DNA of 31,317 bases from an archaeon (GTDB lineage Archaea > Iainarchaeota > Iainarchaeia > Iainarchaeales > CSSED10-239), in NCBI GenBank assembly GCA_041657425.1, contig JBBABY010000013.1, positions 1-31,317 on the forward strand, written 5' to 3'. The number at the start of each line of letters is the position of its first letter. Position 1 is the first letter of the stretch. The position numbers and the translations under genes were made by a program. The notes beneath the pieces were generated by a model that saw nothing but the letters and a program-made list of their open reading frames with translations, searched no databases and was not told where the DNA came from. Below are positions 7,839-16,587 of the stretch, piece by piece.

Positions 7839-7889
7839 TCGCGTTCAAACGCGAAAACTACTGCGCGCGAGCCTAGCGAAACAGGCTCA
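7839..7889 (-). other. GC-rich structured element immediately 3' of tRNA-Leu (candidate trailer/processing element or small RNA)
   Basis: By hand count, 28 of 49 nt (about 57% GC) across 7841..7889, in a window that is very AT-rich by eye. Hairpins GAGCCT-N8-AGGCTC (7869..7888) and TCGCG-N6-CGCGA (7839..7854), plus GCGCGC at 7863..7868. Confidence 0.3.
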
Positions 7890-7971
7890 TGCTGGGGACA
7901 GGATTCGGACCTGCGAAGCACTAAGCACTGGATCTTAAGTCCAGCCCCTTTGACCGCTCGGGAACCCCAGC
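7890..7971 (-). tRNA. tRNA-Leu (anticodon UAA), no encoded CCA
   Basis: Minus strand GCTGGGGTTCCCGAGCGGTCAAAGGGGCTGGACTTAAGATCCAGTGCTTAGTGCTTCGCAGGTCCGAATCCTGTCCCCAGCA. It has a 7-bp acceptor stem GCUGGGG/CCCCAGC, an anticodon arm CUGGA-CUUAAGA-UCCAG, a long variable arm (class II) and a T arm GCAGG-UCCGAAU-CCUGU. Confidence 0.9.
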
Positions 7972-7982
7972 AAAAGATTAAA

Positions 7983-8720
7983 TTACTTAAATTTTTTCTT
8001 AAGTAACATAAAATATTCTTTTGTATATCTATCTAGTAACTTTACTATGGATTCTATAGGTAATTGCCCGATTAATTCAATTGATAATATGTAATTATCA
8101 GTATCATTTAACTTTAAACAATTTTTTGGACAAACATCAACACAAGCTTGACAATTAATACATTTTGCTTGATCTTCCATCTTTGGTTTTCCTGATGTTA
8201 ATTTCATACACTTAATAGGGCATGCATCAACACAAAGATTACAACCATCACAACCTCTTAAGATTTCAAACTCTGGTAATTGTTTAAATGCAACAATTGC
8301 AGGAGAATACTTTACGTGTGTTCTTCCTTGTCCTTGAATAGCATAAGCATCTAATCTTATTCTTTGATTGTCTTTTAATTTTGTTAATGGTATTGTGTCA
8401 TATATTGGTTTAACTTCATCATCATTGGATTTTAAATCCCCTGAATAAACTGTTGCTGGACCATCTTTCTCTAAACTTAATGTGACTTTCTTACCTGTGG
8501 ATTCTTCAGGTGTTGATAATGGAACTAATGCAATTCTGTTTGCAAGCATTTCATCAACAATTACTGAATCATTTTCGTAAAAATCAATTTCATCAACTGC
8601 ATAAACTGATAAACAATAACTTATCTTCTTTCTTAAAGTATTCATTGCAATTGGTTCAAAACCCTCTGCAAGATATCTATAAGTTTTTCCTATCTTTTCT
8701 AGAAAAGTTATTTTTGGCAT
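7983..8720 (-). CDS. rpoD: DNA-directed RNA polymerase subunit D (Rpo3) with ferredoxin-like 2x[4Fe-4S] motif insert
   Basis: 245 aa in the canonical position after rps11. Two CxxCxxCxxxCP motifs are present: CDGCNLCVDACP and CINCQACVDVCP. Confidence 0.88.
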   Translation of the reverse strand: MPKITFLEKIGKTYRYLAEGFEPIAMNTLRKKISYCLSVYAVDEIDFYENDSVIVDEMLANRIALVPLSTPEESTGKKVTLSLEKDGPATVYSGDLKSNDDEVKPIYDTIPLTKLKDNQRIRLDAYAIQGQGRTHVKYSPAIVAFKQLPEFEILRGCDGCNLCVDACPIKCMKLTSGKPKMEDQAKCINCQACVDVCPKNCLKLNDTDNYILSIELIGQLPIESIVKLLDRYTKEYFMLLKKKFK

Positions 8721-8739
8721 AGTTTATCTCTTTTTATTT

Positions 8740-9129
8740 TTAGTTTTTCTTTCTAAACTTCTTCTGCTTTCTACAACCATCGTGTGGTACTGGAGTAGTG
8801 TTTGAGATACTTAAAATATTAAGTCCTGCTCTTGTTAATGTTTTTAAAGATGATTCTGCTCCTTGTCCTGGATTATAATATAAATTTCCGCCAGGTGCTC
8901 TAATCTTAACATGAACATTTTTTATTCCTCTTTCATTTGCTTTTTCAGAAACTACTTGAGCAATCTTTGTTGCAATGTAGGGAGAACCTTCTTTATGTTG
9001 AGCCTTTGTCATTTGTCCACCAGAACATTTTGCAATAATCTCTGAACCGGTTTCATCTGTTAATACTATTAAAGTATTATTTCTTGAAGCAAAAATATTT
9101 ACAATCCCTGTTTTACCAATTGCGGCCAT
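8740..9129 (-). CDS. rps11: 30S ribosomal protein uS11
   Basis: GIVNIFASRNNTLIVLTDETGSEIIAKCSGG...VHVKIRAPGG matches uS11. Confidence 0.93.
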   Translation of the reverse strand: MAAIGKTGIVNIFASRNNTLIVLTDETGSEIIAKCSGGQMTKAQHKEGSPYIATKIAQVVSEKANERGIKNVHVKIRAPGGNLYYNPGQGAESSLKTLTRAGLNILSISNTTPVPHDGCRKQKKFRKKN

Positions 9130-9131
9130 AC

Positions 9132-9692
9132 TTATTCACTCTCCTCTTTTTTTACTTCTTTTGGTTTGTCCTTTAAGAATGGCTTTCCTTTTTGTTCTTG
9201 TGCTCTATCAATTGCTGCTTTTATACTTGTGTCAATATAAGCAATTGAATCCCCTGCATGAACTAAAGATCCTGGTGCTGTTCTTTTTACTCCATTAATT
9301 ATTATGTGTCCGTGTGTTATTAATTGTCTTGCTTGCTTTGGGGTTAATGCTAAACCTCTTCTAAAAACTTGCGTTTGTAATCTTCTCTCTAATATATCTG
9401 ATGCTTGTAATTTTAAAACATCGTCTATTGTGTGATCTTTTGTAAACATTCCAATCTTTTGTAATCTTCCTAAAAGTTCATTCATTCTTTTATCGTAATT
9501 ATCAACGTTACCTGCTAAAAGATTTCTTGCAAGCTTTCTATAGTTTCTAACTACAGTCTCTGCTTTCCAAATTTCTTTTTTCGTTTTAAGTCCATATTCT
9601 CTTTCAAGTTTTCTGTCAATGACCATCTTTTGTTTATCATGTAACTTTCTTGGAACATCAAACTGTCTGTTTAATCTTTTTGGTTCACCCAT
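9132..9692 (-). CDS. rps4: 30S ribosomal protein uS4
   Basis: Starts MGEPKRLNRQFDVPRK (archaeal uS4 N-terminus) at ATG 9692 with AGGTGA 9 nt upstream. The track's GTG at 9704 lies inside that SD. S4 RNA-binding domain LQTQVFRRGLALTPKQARQLITHGHIIINGV. Confidence 0.92.
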   Translation of the reverse strand: MGEPKRLNRQFDVPRKLHDKQKMVIDRKLEREYGLKTKKEIWKAETVVRNYRKLARNLLAGNVDNYDKRMNELLGRLQKIGMFTKDHTIDDVLKLQASDILERRLQTQVFRRGLALTPKQARQLITHGHIIINGVKRTAPGSLVHAGDSIAYIDTSIKAAIDRAQEQKGKPFLKDKPKEVKKEESE

Positions 9693-9724
9693 ATTGTTTT
9701 TCACCTAATTTTTTTTAACGCGCC

Positions 9725-10321
9725 TTATTTCTTCTTCGTAACACCAACGGTTGTATGACTTCTTCCTGAGGATCTTGTCTTTTGACCTCTTACTCTTAAA
9801 CCCCATTGTAGTCTTAAACCTCTGTAACTTTTCATTTTTCCAAGTCTTTGAAGTTCTTTTCTTTCAACAAGCTTTAAATCAGCCATGGTGTACTGAGCTT
9901 CTTTGCCATCAACCTGTTTAGGTCTATTAAGCATCCAAGCAGGCACTCTTTTGTCTAATGTTTGTATAATATCTTCTATCATAACTATATCTTTATCTTC
10001 TAAATTTCCTACTTTCTTTACAACTTTTCCTGCATCTTTAAAGAATATTTCTTCAACAGCTTTACTTAATCTTTGACCAATTCCGTAAATTAAACTTACA
10101 CCTTCAGCAACTGTAACATAACCTGGAATATCTCTATTTGAGATTCTTACAATGTGCTTAAATTCTGCTCCTTCTTTTCCTGGATTAAAATGACTTGGCT
10201 TTGGCTTTGGTTTCATTAATTTTAATTTATCTGATGAACCACGAGTTGCGCCGTCACTCTTATCTGATTTTTTAACAATCTTATGCATTGGTGCATTTGC
10301 TGCATTATCTTTTTTTGACAT
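9725..10321 (-). CDS. rps13: 30S ribosomal protein uS13 with about 50-aa basic N-terminal extension
   Basis: EFKHIVRISNRDIPGYVTVAEGVSLIYGIGQRLSKAV is the uS13 core. ATG 10321 has GTGA upstream. The internal Met codons lack SD motifs. Confidence 0.88.
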   Translation of the reverse strand: MSKKDNAANAPMHKIVKKSDKSDGATRGSSDKLKLMKPKPKPSHFNPGKEGAEFKHIVRISNRDIPGYVTVAEGVSLIYGIGQRLSKAVEEIFFKDAGKVVKKVGNLEDKDIVMIEDIIQTLDKRVPAWMLNRPKQVDGKEAQYTMADLKLVERKELQRLGKMKSYRGLRLQWGLRVRGQKTRSSGRSHTTVGVTKKK

Positions 10322-10339
10322 ATCATTTCACGTATTTAA

Positions 10340-10498
10340 TTATTCTATTGGGAAAACATGAAGTATCCCTATTTTTTCTTCCTTTTCTTTATTCTTATAG
10401 TATATAAACTTCGTATCCATTTTATCAATTAATATCTTCTTTCCAAAGTTTCTACCTTGCATGATTATGCATTTTTTTCCTTTTGTTAATAAACCCAT
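10340..10498 (-). CDS. rpl14e: Small KOW-type protein, probable 50S ribosomal protein eL14 (L14e), 52 aa
   Basis: Below the track size cutoff. Hand translation gives MGLLTKGKKCIIMQGRNFGKKILIDKMDTKFIYYKNKEKEEKIGILHVFPIE, and G..C....GR..GKK..I.....F fits the L14e KOW core. Canonical position after rpl34e. Confidence 0.6.
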   Translation of the reverse strand: MGLLTKGKKCIIMQGRNFGKKILIDKMDTKFIYYKNKEKEEKIGILHVFPIE

Positions 10499-10504
10499 AA
10501 TTAA

Positions 10505-10846
10505 TCACTCTAATTTTTTTAATATCATCTTTATATATTTTATATATCTTAAATCAATATCTTTTTCTTCCTTGATTTTATTCTTTAACATTACTGCTTC
10601 TTGATATGCTACTTTTCTACATTTTGGACAAAGCATACTTGAAAGTAAATTTTCTGGTCTTCTTTCAGTCTTACTTAGTTTCTTTACTTCAAATGATCTA
10701 AGGCCGTGTGGCATACCATGTAACATTTCTTTACATACTGCACACTTGTGCTTTCCTGTTTTCTTCTTAACAATAACTCTTGTTGCTCTACCGCCTGGAG
10801 TAATTACTGTTTTATGTTTTTTAAATTTTTGATTTGGATTTGGCAT
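10505..10846 (-). CDS. rpl34e: 50S ribosomal protein eL34 (L34e)
   Basis: KTVITPGGRATRVIVKKKTGKHKCAVCKEMLHGMPHG is the L34e zinc-ribbon signature. GGTGA upstream. Confidence 0.9.
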   Translation of the reverse strand: MPNPNQKFKKHKTVITPGGRATRVIVKKKTGKHKCAVCKEMLHGMPHGLRSFEVKKLSKTERRPENLLSSMLCPKCRKVAYQEAVMLKNKIKEEKDIDLRYIKYIKMILKKLE

Positions 10847-10863
10847 ATAACTTTTTCACCGTT

Positions 10864-11340
10864 TTATTTCTTCTTATAATCTGCTGGCGTATAATCAGCA
10901 TATTTTTTTTCAAATATTTTATCATAAATATTATTTGTAATTAATGACAATATAAATGTCATTATGAAAAATGTCCAGAAACCAAAAAGATCAAACTTCC
11001 ATGGTATTGCTGTATTTATATACATTATTGTGCCATAAAATTTATTTACTACATACAAAAATGGAATAGCTAAGATCATTAATGGAATCATTGTTTTAAA
11101 CATTCCTTTAAACTGTCTTCCCATTAAATCAAATGCCTCTTTTTGTTTTTCTTGAACTTCTGGAAATTTATTTTCCTTCATTAATACTTTCATTTCATCT
11201 TGTATTTCTTTATTTCTTCTTTTTATAAAGAAATATTCTTTTGGATCTGAAAAAAGATGTTGTACTAATCTGTTAATAACTACAAATAATACTGCAATTA
11301 TTATCAAATCTACCCATTGATTTATTATTGGTACAATCAT
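10864..11340 (-). CDS. DUF106 family membrane protein (archaeal YidC/Oxa1/EMC3-like, Mj0480-type)
   Basis: 158 aa with TM1, a charged coiled segment (KRRNKEIQDEMKVLMKENKFPEVQEKQKEAFDLMGRQFK), then TM2 and TM3. It sits directly after secY, as in many archaea. Confidence 0.7.
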   Translation of the reverse strand: MIVPIINQWVDLIIIAVLFVVINRLVQHLFSDPKEYFFIKRRNKEIQDEMKVLMKENKFPEVQEKQKEAFDLMGRQFKGMFKTMIPLMILAIPFLYVVNKFYGTIMYINTAIPWKFDLFGFWTFFIMTFILSLITNNIYDKIFEKKYADYTPADYKKK

Positions 11341-11346
11341 CTAACA

Positions 11347-12681
11347 TCACTTATTTAACATTTGTTTCAAGAAATTTCCTGATTCAAATAACTGTTCTTT
11401 TGCTAATTGTTCATAGAATCTATAAACAATACCTACTGTTAATAATATTCCAGTTCCTGTTCCTATTGCGCCTGTTAAATCAGCAACAACTGCTAAAATA
11501 CCAACTGCAAGAGAACCTAAGATTACTATTGTTGGAATATATCTATCAAGTACTGTAACTAAAACTCTTTCATCTCTTCTAAATCCTGGTATTGACATTC
11601 CTGATCTTTGAAGTTGCCCAGCAACATTAGCTGTTCCTTGACCACCCACTTCTACCCAGAATTTTCCAAAGATTACACAAACTAAAACAAATAATATTGC
11701 ATAACCAAATGCAGCTAAAGCCATCCCCCAAGTTGCTCCTCCAAAAATTGCTGTTTGAAGTAAACCGTTTGGTGGATTTAGGAAATTTGCAATTGGTGTT
11801 AAAATATTTCCTGCTGCTGTTCCTTTAGCAAGGCTTCCAAAGAGAGCAAAGTTTGCAAACAATGTTCCTGTTAAGATTACTGGCATATTTGAAACATACA
11901 TTAACTTAACTGGAAAATTTGCACCCATTCCACTTCTTCCAACAGTTAATGGAATATTCACATGAATACTTTCCACATAAACAACTGCAAAGAAAACTAA
12001 TAATGTAAATAATATTGGAAGTAACACATATGTTAACAACTCAATTGTTGCACCAGTCATTATGTAATTAAATCCTTGAAAGATTAATCCACCAGGATAA
12101 TTACTTGCAACAATTGGAAGACTAAATATTCTCCAAATAATTGCTTGACAAACTCCTGCTGCAATGAATAGCCCAATTCCTGAACCAATTCCATATTTAC
12201 TTACTACTTCATCTAGATAAATAACTATTATTGCACCTATTACAATCTGTAATACTACTAACCAAAGCAGTCCTGGCATCGGAACTAACATACCAAATGC
12301 AGAATAGACAAATGCTTCTACTATTGCAAGAACAATTGCTAAAAGTTTTTGACAACCTGTAAATTTTGCTCTTTCTTCTGGTTTTGAGAAATCAAAATTA
12401 ATAATTTTGACTCCTGCTAATAACTGTAAAATAATTGATGCTAAAACTATTGGACCAATTCCTAATGTAATTAATGTTCCAATATCACTTGCAAGTATCA
12501 TTTGATACATGTTTATATTTGCGGTTTGACTTTGGTCAAGACCGATTAAAGTAACTGTTCCTAATATAAAATAAATAACAAGAACAACTAATGTCCAAAG
12601 TAATTTTTGTCTTACATTTGGAACTTTACTTGGATCTTTGACTGTTGGCATTAGCCCTAAGATATTATCTAAGAAACTCAT
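11347..12681 (-). CDS. secY: Preprotein translocase subunit SecY
   Basis: 444-aa polytopic membrane protein after rpl15, with an ATGA overlap onto the rpl15 stop. The multi-TM pattern and position are canonical. Confidence 0.93.
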   Translation of the reverse strand: MSFLDNILGLMPTVKDPSKVPNVRQKLLWTLVVLVIYFILGTVTLIGLDQSQTANINMYQMILASDIGTLITLGIGPIVLASIILQLLAGVKIINFDFSKPEERAKFTGCQKLLAIVLAIVEAFVYSAFGMLVPMPGLLWLVVLQIVIGAIIVIYLDEVVSKYGIGSGIGLFIAAGVCQAIIWRIFSLPIVASNYPGGLIFQGFNYIMTGATIELLTYVLLPILFTLLVFFAVVYVESIHVNIPLTVGRSGMGANFPVKLMYVSNMPVILTGTLFANFALFGSLAKGTAAGNILTPIANFLNPPNGLLQTAIFGGATWGMALAAFGYAILFVLVCVIFGKFWVEVGGQGTANVAGQLQRSGMSIPGFRRDERVLVTVLDRYIPTIVILGSLAVGILAVVADLTGAIGTGTGILLTVGIVYRFYEQLAKEQLFESGNFLKQMLNK

Positions 12682-13046
12682 TGAATCTTGCCCCCTGCTT
12701 TTTCAATTTTCTCTTTAGCAATTTCTGTTGCTTTTGCATTCTTAAATATCACTGCTTTATTTATAGAACCTTTACCAAGGATCTTATCAAAACCTAATTC
12801 CTTTAAATCAATTTCTTTTCTATCTTTTATTATTTCAGAAAGTGACTCTAAAGTAATTGTAGTTTCCTTTTCCTTAGCCATTAAAGTTACTCTTTGTCCG
12901 AAATCAACATAATATTTTGAGAACTTATGTTTGTGTGAACCTGCTCTTCCCTTTCCACCAGTACACCCTGAACCTCTAGCGTTCTTTGTGTTTCCGTGAC
13001 CGTGAGTTCTTTTTCCTCTTAATCTATCAACTTTTGTTCTTCCCAT
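12678..13046 (-). CDS. rpl15: 50S ribosomal protein uL15
   Basis: RLRGKRTHGHGNTKNARGSGCTGGKGRAGSHKHKF is the uL15 N-terminal signature. Confidence 0.92.
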   Translation of the reverse strand: MGRTKVDRLRGKRTHGHGNTKNARGSGCTGGKGRAGSHKHKFSKYYVDFGQRVTLMAKEKETTITLESLSEIIKDRKEIDLKELGFDKILGKGSINKAVIFKNAKATEIAKEKIEKAGGKIQ

Positions 13047-13067
13047 ATTATTTCACAAATTTATAAT

Positions 13068-13532
13068 TTATATCATCTTTATAAGTAATTTATTTATTTG
13101 ATCAGCTCTGTAACCTAATACTCCGCCTTCCTTAAATGTTTTCTTAATTCCTTTTCTATCATAACCTTTTGTTGGAGGCTTTAATCTAAATACTGGTTTA
13201 ATTCCCAAATCATTTAATTTTGCTTTTCCTGAAAGTAAATCTGCAATAACTTTATCTGCTTTCTTTTCGTCTTTATAATGTTCTTTGAATTTTACTAATT
13301 TTCCTTTCTCATTATAAACAAAACCTCTTTTTACAAGCATTTTCTTTAAAGTTTCATTTGTGATTTCTCCATATGTCACCATATTTCTTACTTTATGAAG
13401 CATTCCTTTTATTACTGTATTTTCTGGATAAATTACACAATGATTAGATCTTGTTAGATTTAATAACTTCATTGTTGTTTCAATATCTATATTTACTTTT
13501 GCTGGACTTCTTACTCTAATTATTGCAAACAT
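13068..13532 (-). CDS. rpl30: 50S ribosomal protein uL30
   Basis: MFAIIRVRSPAKVNIDIETTMKLLNLTRSNHCVI..GMLHKVRNMVTYGE matches archaeal L30/L7e. Confidence 0.92.
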   Translation of the reverse strand: MFAIIRVRSPAKVNIDIETTMKLLNLTRSNHCVIYPENTVIKGMLHKVRNMVTYGEITNETLKKMLVKRGFVYNEKGKLVKFKEHYKDEKKADKVIADLLSGKAKLNDLGIKPVFRLKPPTKGYDRKGIKKTFKEGGVLGYRADQINKLLIKMI

Positions 13533-13546
13533 ATTTAATTCCTTTT

Positions 13547-14239
13547 TTATTCTTTATTTTCAACTTCTTCTTTTTCTTTATATCTTAAATCTGAAATATT
13601 ATATAAAGCATCAATTGTTGCTCTAACAAAGTTAAGTTTTGTGTCTGTTGCACCTCTAGTGTTTGACCACAAATCTTTAATTCCAACTAATTCAAATAAT
13701 GGCTTAATGGTGTCACTTACTGCAAGACCAATTCCGTTTGGTGCAGGAATTAATTCAACTCTTAATGATGCACATTTTCCCATAACCTTGTATGGCACTG
13801 AATGTTTCTTAGAACAATTACATTCCCAAGATCCACAACCTCTTCTTACTGGAACAATATTTAATTTTGCATCTTTAATTGCTTTTTGTTGAGCAACTAT
13901 TCTTTCAATATTCTTTCCGGTTCCTACTCCAATGTGTCCATTACCGTCTCCAATTATTACTGAAACTCTAAAAGAAAAGTGCCTACCTGCTCTTGTAACT
14001 CTTGTTGTTTTCTTAACATCAATAACTTTCATTTGAAGATCAGGAATAAAACAATCAACAATTTCTGATTCCATTATTTTTTTTCCAAGTTTAAAAACAT
14101 CATCTAATGAATCCAGTTCTCCTGCTTTAACTTTTCTACCAAGTTCTGTTTTTGGAGTCCATGAATCTTTATCAAATGGTTTTTCTTTTTCCTTTTCTCT
14201 TCCTCTTCCTTTATTAGTTCTTTCTCTAAATGCACACAT
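13547..14239 (-). CDS. rps5: 30S ribosomal protein uS5
   Basis: TRAGRHFSFRVSVIIGDGNGHIGVGTGKNIERIVAQQKAIKDAK matches uS5. Confidence 0.93.
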   Translation of the reverse strand: MCAFRERTNKGRGREKEKEKPFDKDSWTPKTELGRKVKAGELDSLDDVFKLGKKIMESEIVDCFIPDLQMKVIDVKKTTRVTRAGRHFSFRVSVIIGDGNGHIGVGTGKNIERIVAQQKAIKDAKLNIVPVRRGCGSWECNCSKKHSVPYKVMGKCASLRVELIPAPNGIGLAVSDTIKPLFELVGIKDLWSNTRGATDTKLNFVRATIDALYNISDLRYKEKEEVENKE

Positions 14240-14243
14240 AAAA

Positions 14244-14756
14244 TCACATCTTTAATATTTTTTCTTTAACGATTGTAAATTCTTTATCTACTGGTTTCTT
14301 TAAATATTCTGCCATTGTCTTTCCTTCAATTCTGTCCTTTGTTGGAAATGCTTTTTCATTATATGGACAAACTAATCCACTATCAACTATTGCTTTTAAT
14401 CCTGCAAAGATTTTATTGCCTGATTTATAGTTTTTTGCACCTAAATCATAAATTACTTCTTTAATATTTGCTTTCTTTGCTTTTGCAGATAACAATAATG
14501 CTGTAAGATAAACTGCAGGAGTATTCTTTAATGCTCCTGTGTAACCAAGAACAACAAGTTCTCTAGATGTTGCTGAAACTACTGTTTTATCTCCGTCTTT
14601 ATCATATCTAATAATTTGTGCTTTTACAAGACTATTAGTTACTCTTAAAACAAATCTATCTTGCTTTGATTTTAATACGGCTAATCTTTTCTTATAGTCA
14701 GTTTTCTGTTCTCTTCTTCTTTTGAAGGCAACCTTAAATATTGGTCCTGATTTCAT
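14244..14756 (-). CDS. rpl18: 50S ribosomal protein uL18
   Basis: FKRRREQKTDYKKRLAVLKSKQDRFVLRVTNSLVKAQII matches uL18. ATGA overlap with the rpl19e stop. Confidence 0.92.
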   Translation of the reverse strand: MKSGPIFKVAFKRRREQKTDYKKRLAVLKSKQDRFVLRVTNSLVKAQIIRYDKDGDKTVVSATSRELVVLGYTGALKNTPAVYLTALLLSAKAKKANIKEVIYDLGAKNYKSGNKIFAGLKAIVDSGLVCPYNEKAFPTKDRIEGKTMAEYLKKPVDKEFTIVKEKILKM

Positions 14757-15202
14757 TTATTTTCACCACTAATATATTCTTCTAAATGTTTCTTTCCTCT
14801 AAAGTAATTTCCTTTAACCATTAAGTAAATCTTACTATAGACTTTTCCATTTAATTTATCTTCTTTCTTTAATTCACTTAGTCTTTTTCTAAGTCCTCTT
14901 ACTCTTAAATTATAAGTATCTGCATTTTGTCTTGCTTTTGGTGTTCCCTTTCTTTTTCCTTGGCCTCTCTTTCTCTTTAATTTCTTCTTTACTAAAAGAA
15001 CTCTTGCTCTTCCTCTTGATTGGCCGGTATCTGGTTTTTTCTTGATAACTCCTTTTGAAATTATATCTCTAACATCTTGTCTTGTTATTGCTTTATCTAC
15101 AAATTCTTTATTATCTGCATAAACTTTTGTATCAACAACTAACTTGTGTTTACTTTTCTTTAGAAGTTTTCCTGAAAATGTTTTTAACTTATCTAGTTTC
15201 AT
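14753..15202 (-). CDS. rpl19e: 50S ribosomal protein eL19 (L19e)
   Basis: ITRQDVRDIISKGVIKKKPDTGQSRGRARVL...KRKGTPKAR is the L19e pattern. Confidence 0.92.
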   Translation of the reverse strand: MKLDKLKTFSGKLLKKSKHKLVVDTKVYADNKEFVDKAITRQDVRDIISKGVIKKKPDTGQSRGRARVLLVKKKLKRKRGQGKRKGTPKARQNADTYNLRVRGLRKRLSELKKEDKLNGKVYSKIYLMVKGNYFRGKKHLEEYISGENK

Positions 15203-15216
15203 AGGCTTACACCATT

Positions 15217-15555
15217 TTAATTAATTATTTTAAATTTTTTCTCTTTTGCTAATTTTGTTAACTCTAGTTTTTTCTTTTGACCAAGAGTTCCACTAAATCT
15301 AATTGCTACATCATTTGTAGTAAGTTTAAGAAGATCAGTTTGTGATCTTACTAATACTTCTTTAAGTCCGCATGGATGTTTGAACTTGTCTTCATTATCG
15401 TGACCATAACCTATCTTTGGTTGTGGACCCTTCTTCTTAGACATGTGTCTATCGATACCTCTTGGATATCTCCATTTCTGAACTTTTCTATTATGTTTAG
15501 TTCTTCTTAATGTTATTGGGAAATGCCCTCTAAAATTTGGTGTATCATTACTCAT
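15217..15555 (-). CDS. rpl32e: 50S ribosomal protein eL32 (L32e)
   Basis: KWRYPRGIDRHMSKKKGPQPKIGYGHDNEDKFKHPCGLKEVLV is the L32e pattern. Confidence 0.9.
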   Translation of the reverse strand: MSNDTPNFRGHFPITLRRTKHNRKVQKWRYPRGIDRHMSKKKGPQPKIGYGHDNEDKFKHPCGLKEVLVRSQTDLLKLTTNDVAIRFSGTLGQKKKLELTKLAKEKKFKIIN

Positions 15556-15569
15556 AAATATCCACTCTT

Positions 15570-16151
15570 TTATTCGTGTTTTGCTTTTTCAACAATATAA
15601 CAACCATCATCAAATATTCTGAAATCCTTTCCTACAACTCTTGTAGTTTTTTCAATATTTCCTGCGGTTTGACCTGCGTTATATTTATTATGACTTCTAA
15701 CAATTATATCTTTTCCTTTTACTTCAACTTTACAACCAGGAAGTATTCTTGTTTTTCTAGGTTTTTTCTCTCCTAAGAAATTTGAAATTATTATTTCATT
15801 TCCTTCAGCCTTGACAGTTATTGGGAAGTGAGAATAAACAATTGCAAGCTTATATACGTATTCATGGTCAAGCCCTTTAATTGCATTAATCATGTGCTTT
15901 TCTGTAGTGTTAATTACTGCCTTTGTTGTTTTCTTTTTATTCTTTGGAGTTAATTCTACTTCTCCATTTAATAATTTTACACTAATATAAACTGGATTAA
16001 AAGAAATGTCTGTTTTCTTTCCAGATTTTTCAAAAGTCACATTTTGTAATCCTACTGCCACTTTAATGTCGCTTGGAAATTTAACAATTGTATTCTTTAA
16101 TTCCTTTTTTACAGATTTTTCTTTTGCTACAATCTTTTCTGTTTTTTTCAT
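15570..16151 (-). CDS. rpl6: 50S ribosomal protein uL6
   Basis: ISNFLGEKKPRKTRILPGCKVEVKGKDIIVRSHNKYNAGQTAGNIE matches uL6. Confidence 0.92.
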   Translation of the reverse strand: MKKTEKIVAKEKSVKKELKNTIVKFPSDIKVAVGLQNVTFEKSGKKTDISFNPVYISVKLLNGEVELTPKNKKKTTKAVINTTEKHMINAIKGLDHEYVYKLAIVYSHFPITVKAEGNEIIISNFLGEKKPRKTRILPGCKVEVKGKDIIVRSHNKYNAGQTAGNIEKTTRVVGKDFRIFDDGCYIVEKAKHE

Positions 16152-16172
16152 AATCTTATTCCTTTTTTAAAT

Positions 16173-16562
16173 TTAATAAACGAACCCAACAACTCTTCCG
16201 CCAAGTCCTTTTTCCTTAGCGTCTTTATGGCTCATGATTCCTTGTGTAGTACTTACAATTAAAACACCAACATCTCTTGAAATAAGATATGATTTTTCAA
16301 ACTTCTCATAATCTTGTTTCTTTACAGGGTATCTTGGCTTAACTGCCTTACACTTATTGATTCTCCCACCTAAATAAACAACAATTTGCTTAACTGGCTT
16401 TCTTTCCATAACTTTATACTGCTTAACATATCCTTCTTTCTTTAAAAGTACTAAAACACTTTCAAGAAATTTAGAATGGTTAAGTGTACAGGTTTGTTTA
16501 GAAGCCATTTCCGCATTATTTATATTGTTTAATGCATTTGCCATTGGATCATTTAAACTCAT
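16173..16562 (-). CDS. rps8: 30S ribosomal protein uS8
   Basis: MSLNDPMANALNNINNAEMASK...GIMSHKDAKEKGLGGRVVGFVY matches uS8. AGGTGA upstream. Confidence 0.93.
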   Translation of the reverse strand: MSLNDPMANALNNINNAEMASKQTCTLNHSKFLESVLVLLKKEGYVKQYKVMERKPVKQIVVYLGGRINKCKAVKPRYPVKKQDYEKFEKSYLISRDVGVLIVSTTQGIMSHKDAKEKGLGGRVVGFVY

Positions 16563-16587
16563 TAATTTTCACCTAATAAATATCATT

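Noticed and set aside
7839-7889. A C/D-box or H/ACA sRNA, or a split-tRNA half, in the GC-rich tRNA trailer
   Set aside because: I found no RUGAUGA/CUGA box pair and no ACA box. The hairpins do not fit tRNA arm geometry (6-bp stem with 8-nt loop; 5-bp stem with 6-nt loop). It is kept only as an unclassified structured element.
11328-11558. Plus-strand ORFs of 60-118 aa (for example 1284..1566, 3463..3666, 5824..6036, 6632..6889, 8510..8722, 11328..11558, 13641..13892, 18644..18958, 21971..22270, 26232..26498, 27957..28313, 30410..30610)
   Set aside because: All lie antisense to well-supported minus-strand genes. They have low-complexity Leu/Phe/Ile/Ser-rich translations typical of shadow ORFs in AT-rich DNA and lack SD motifs.
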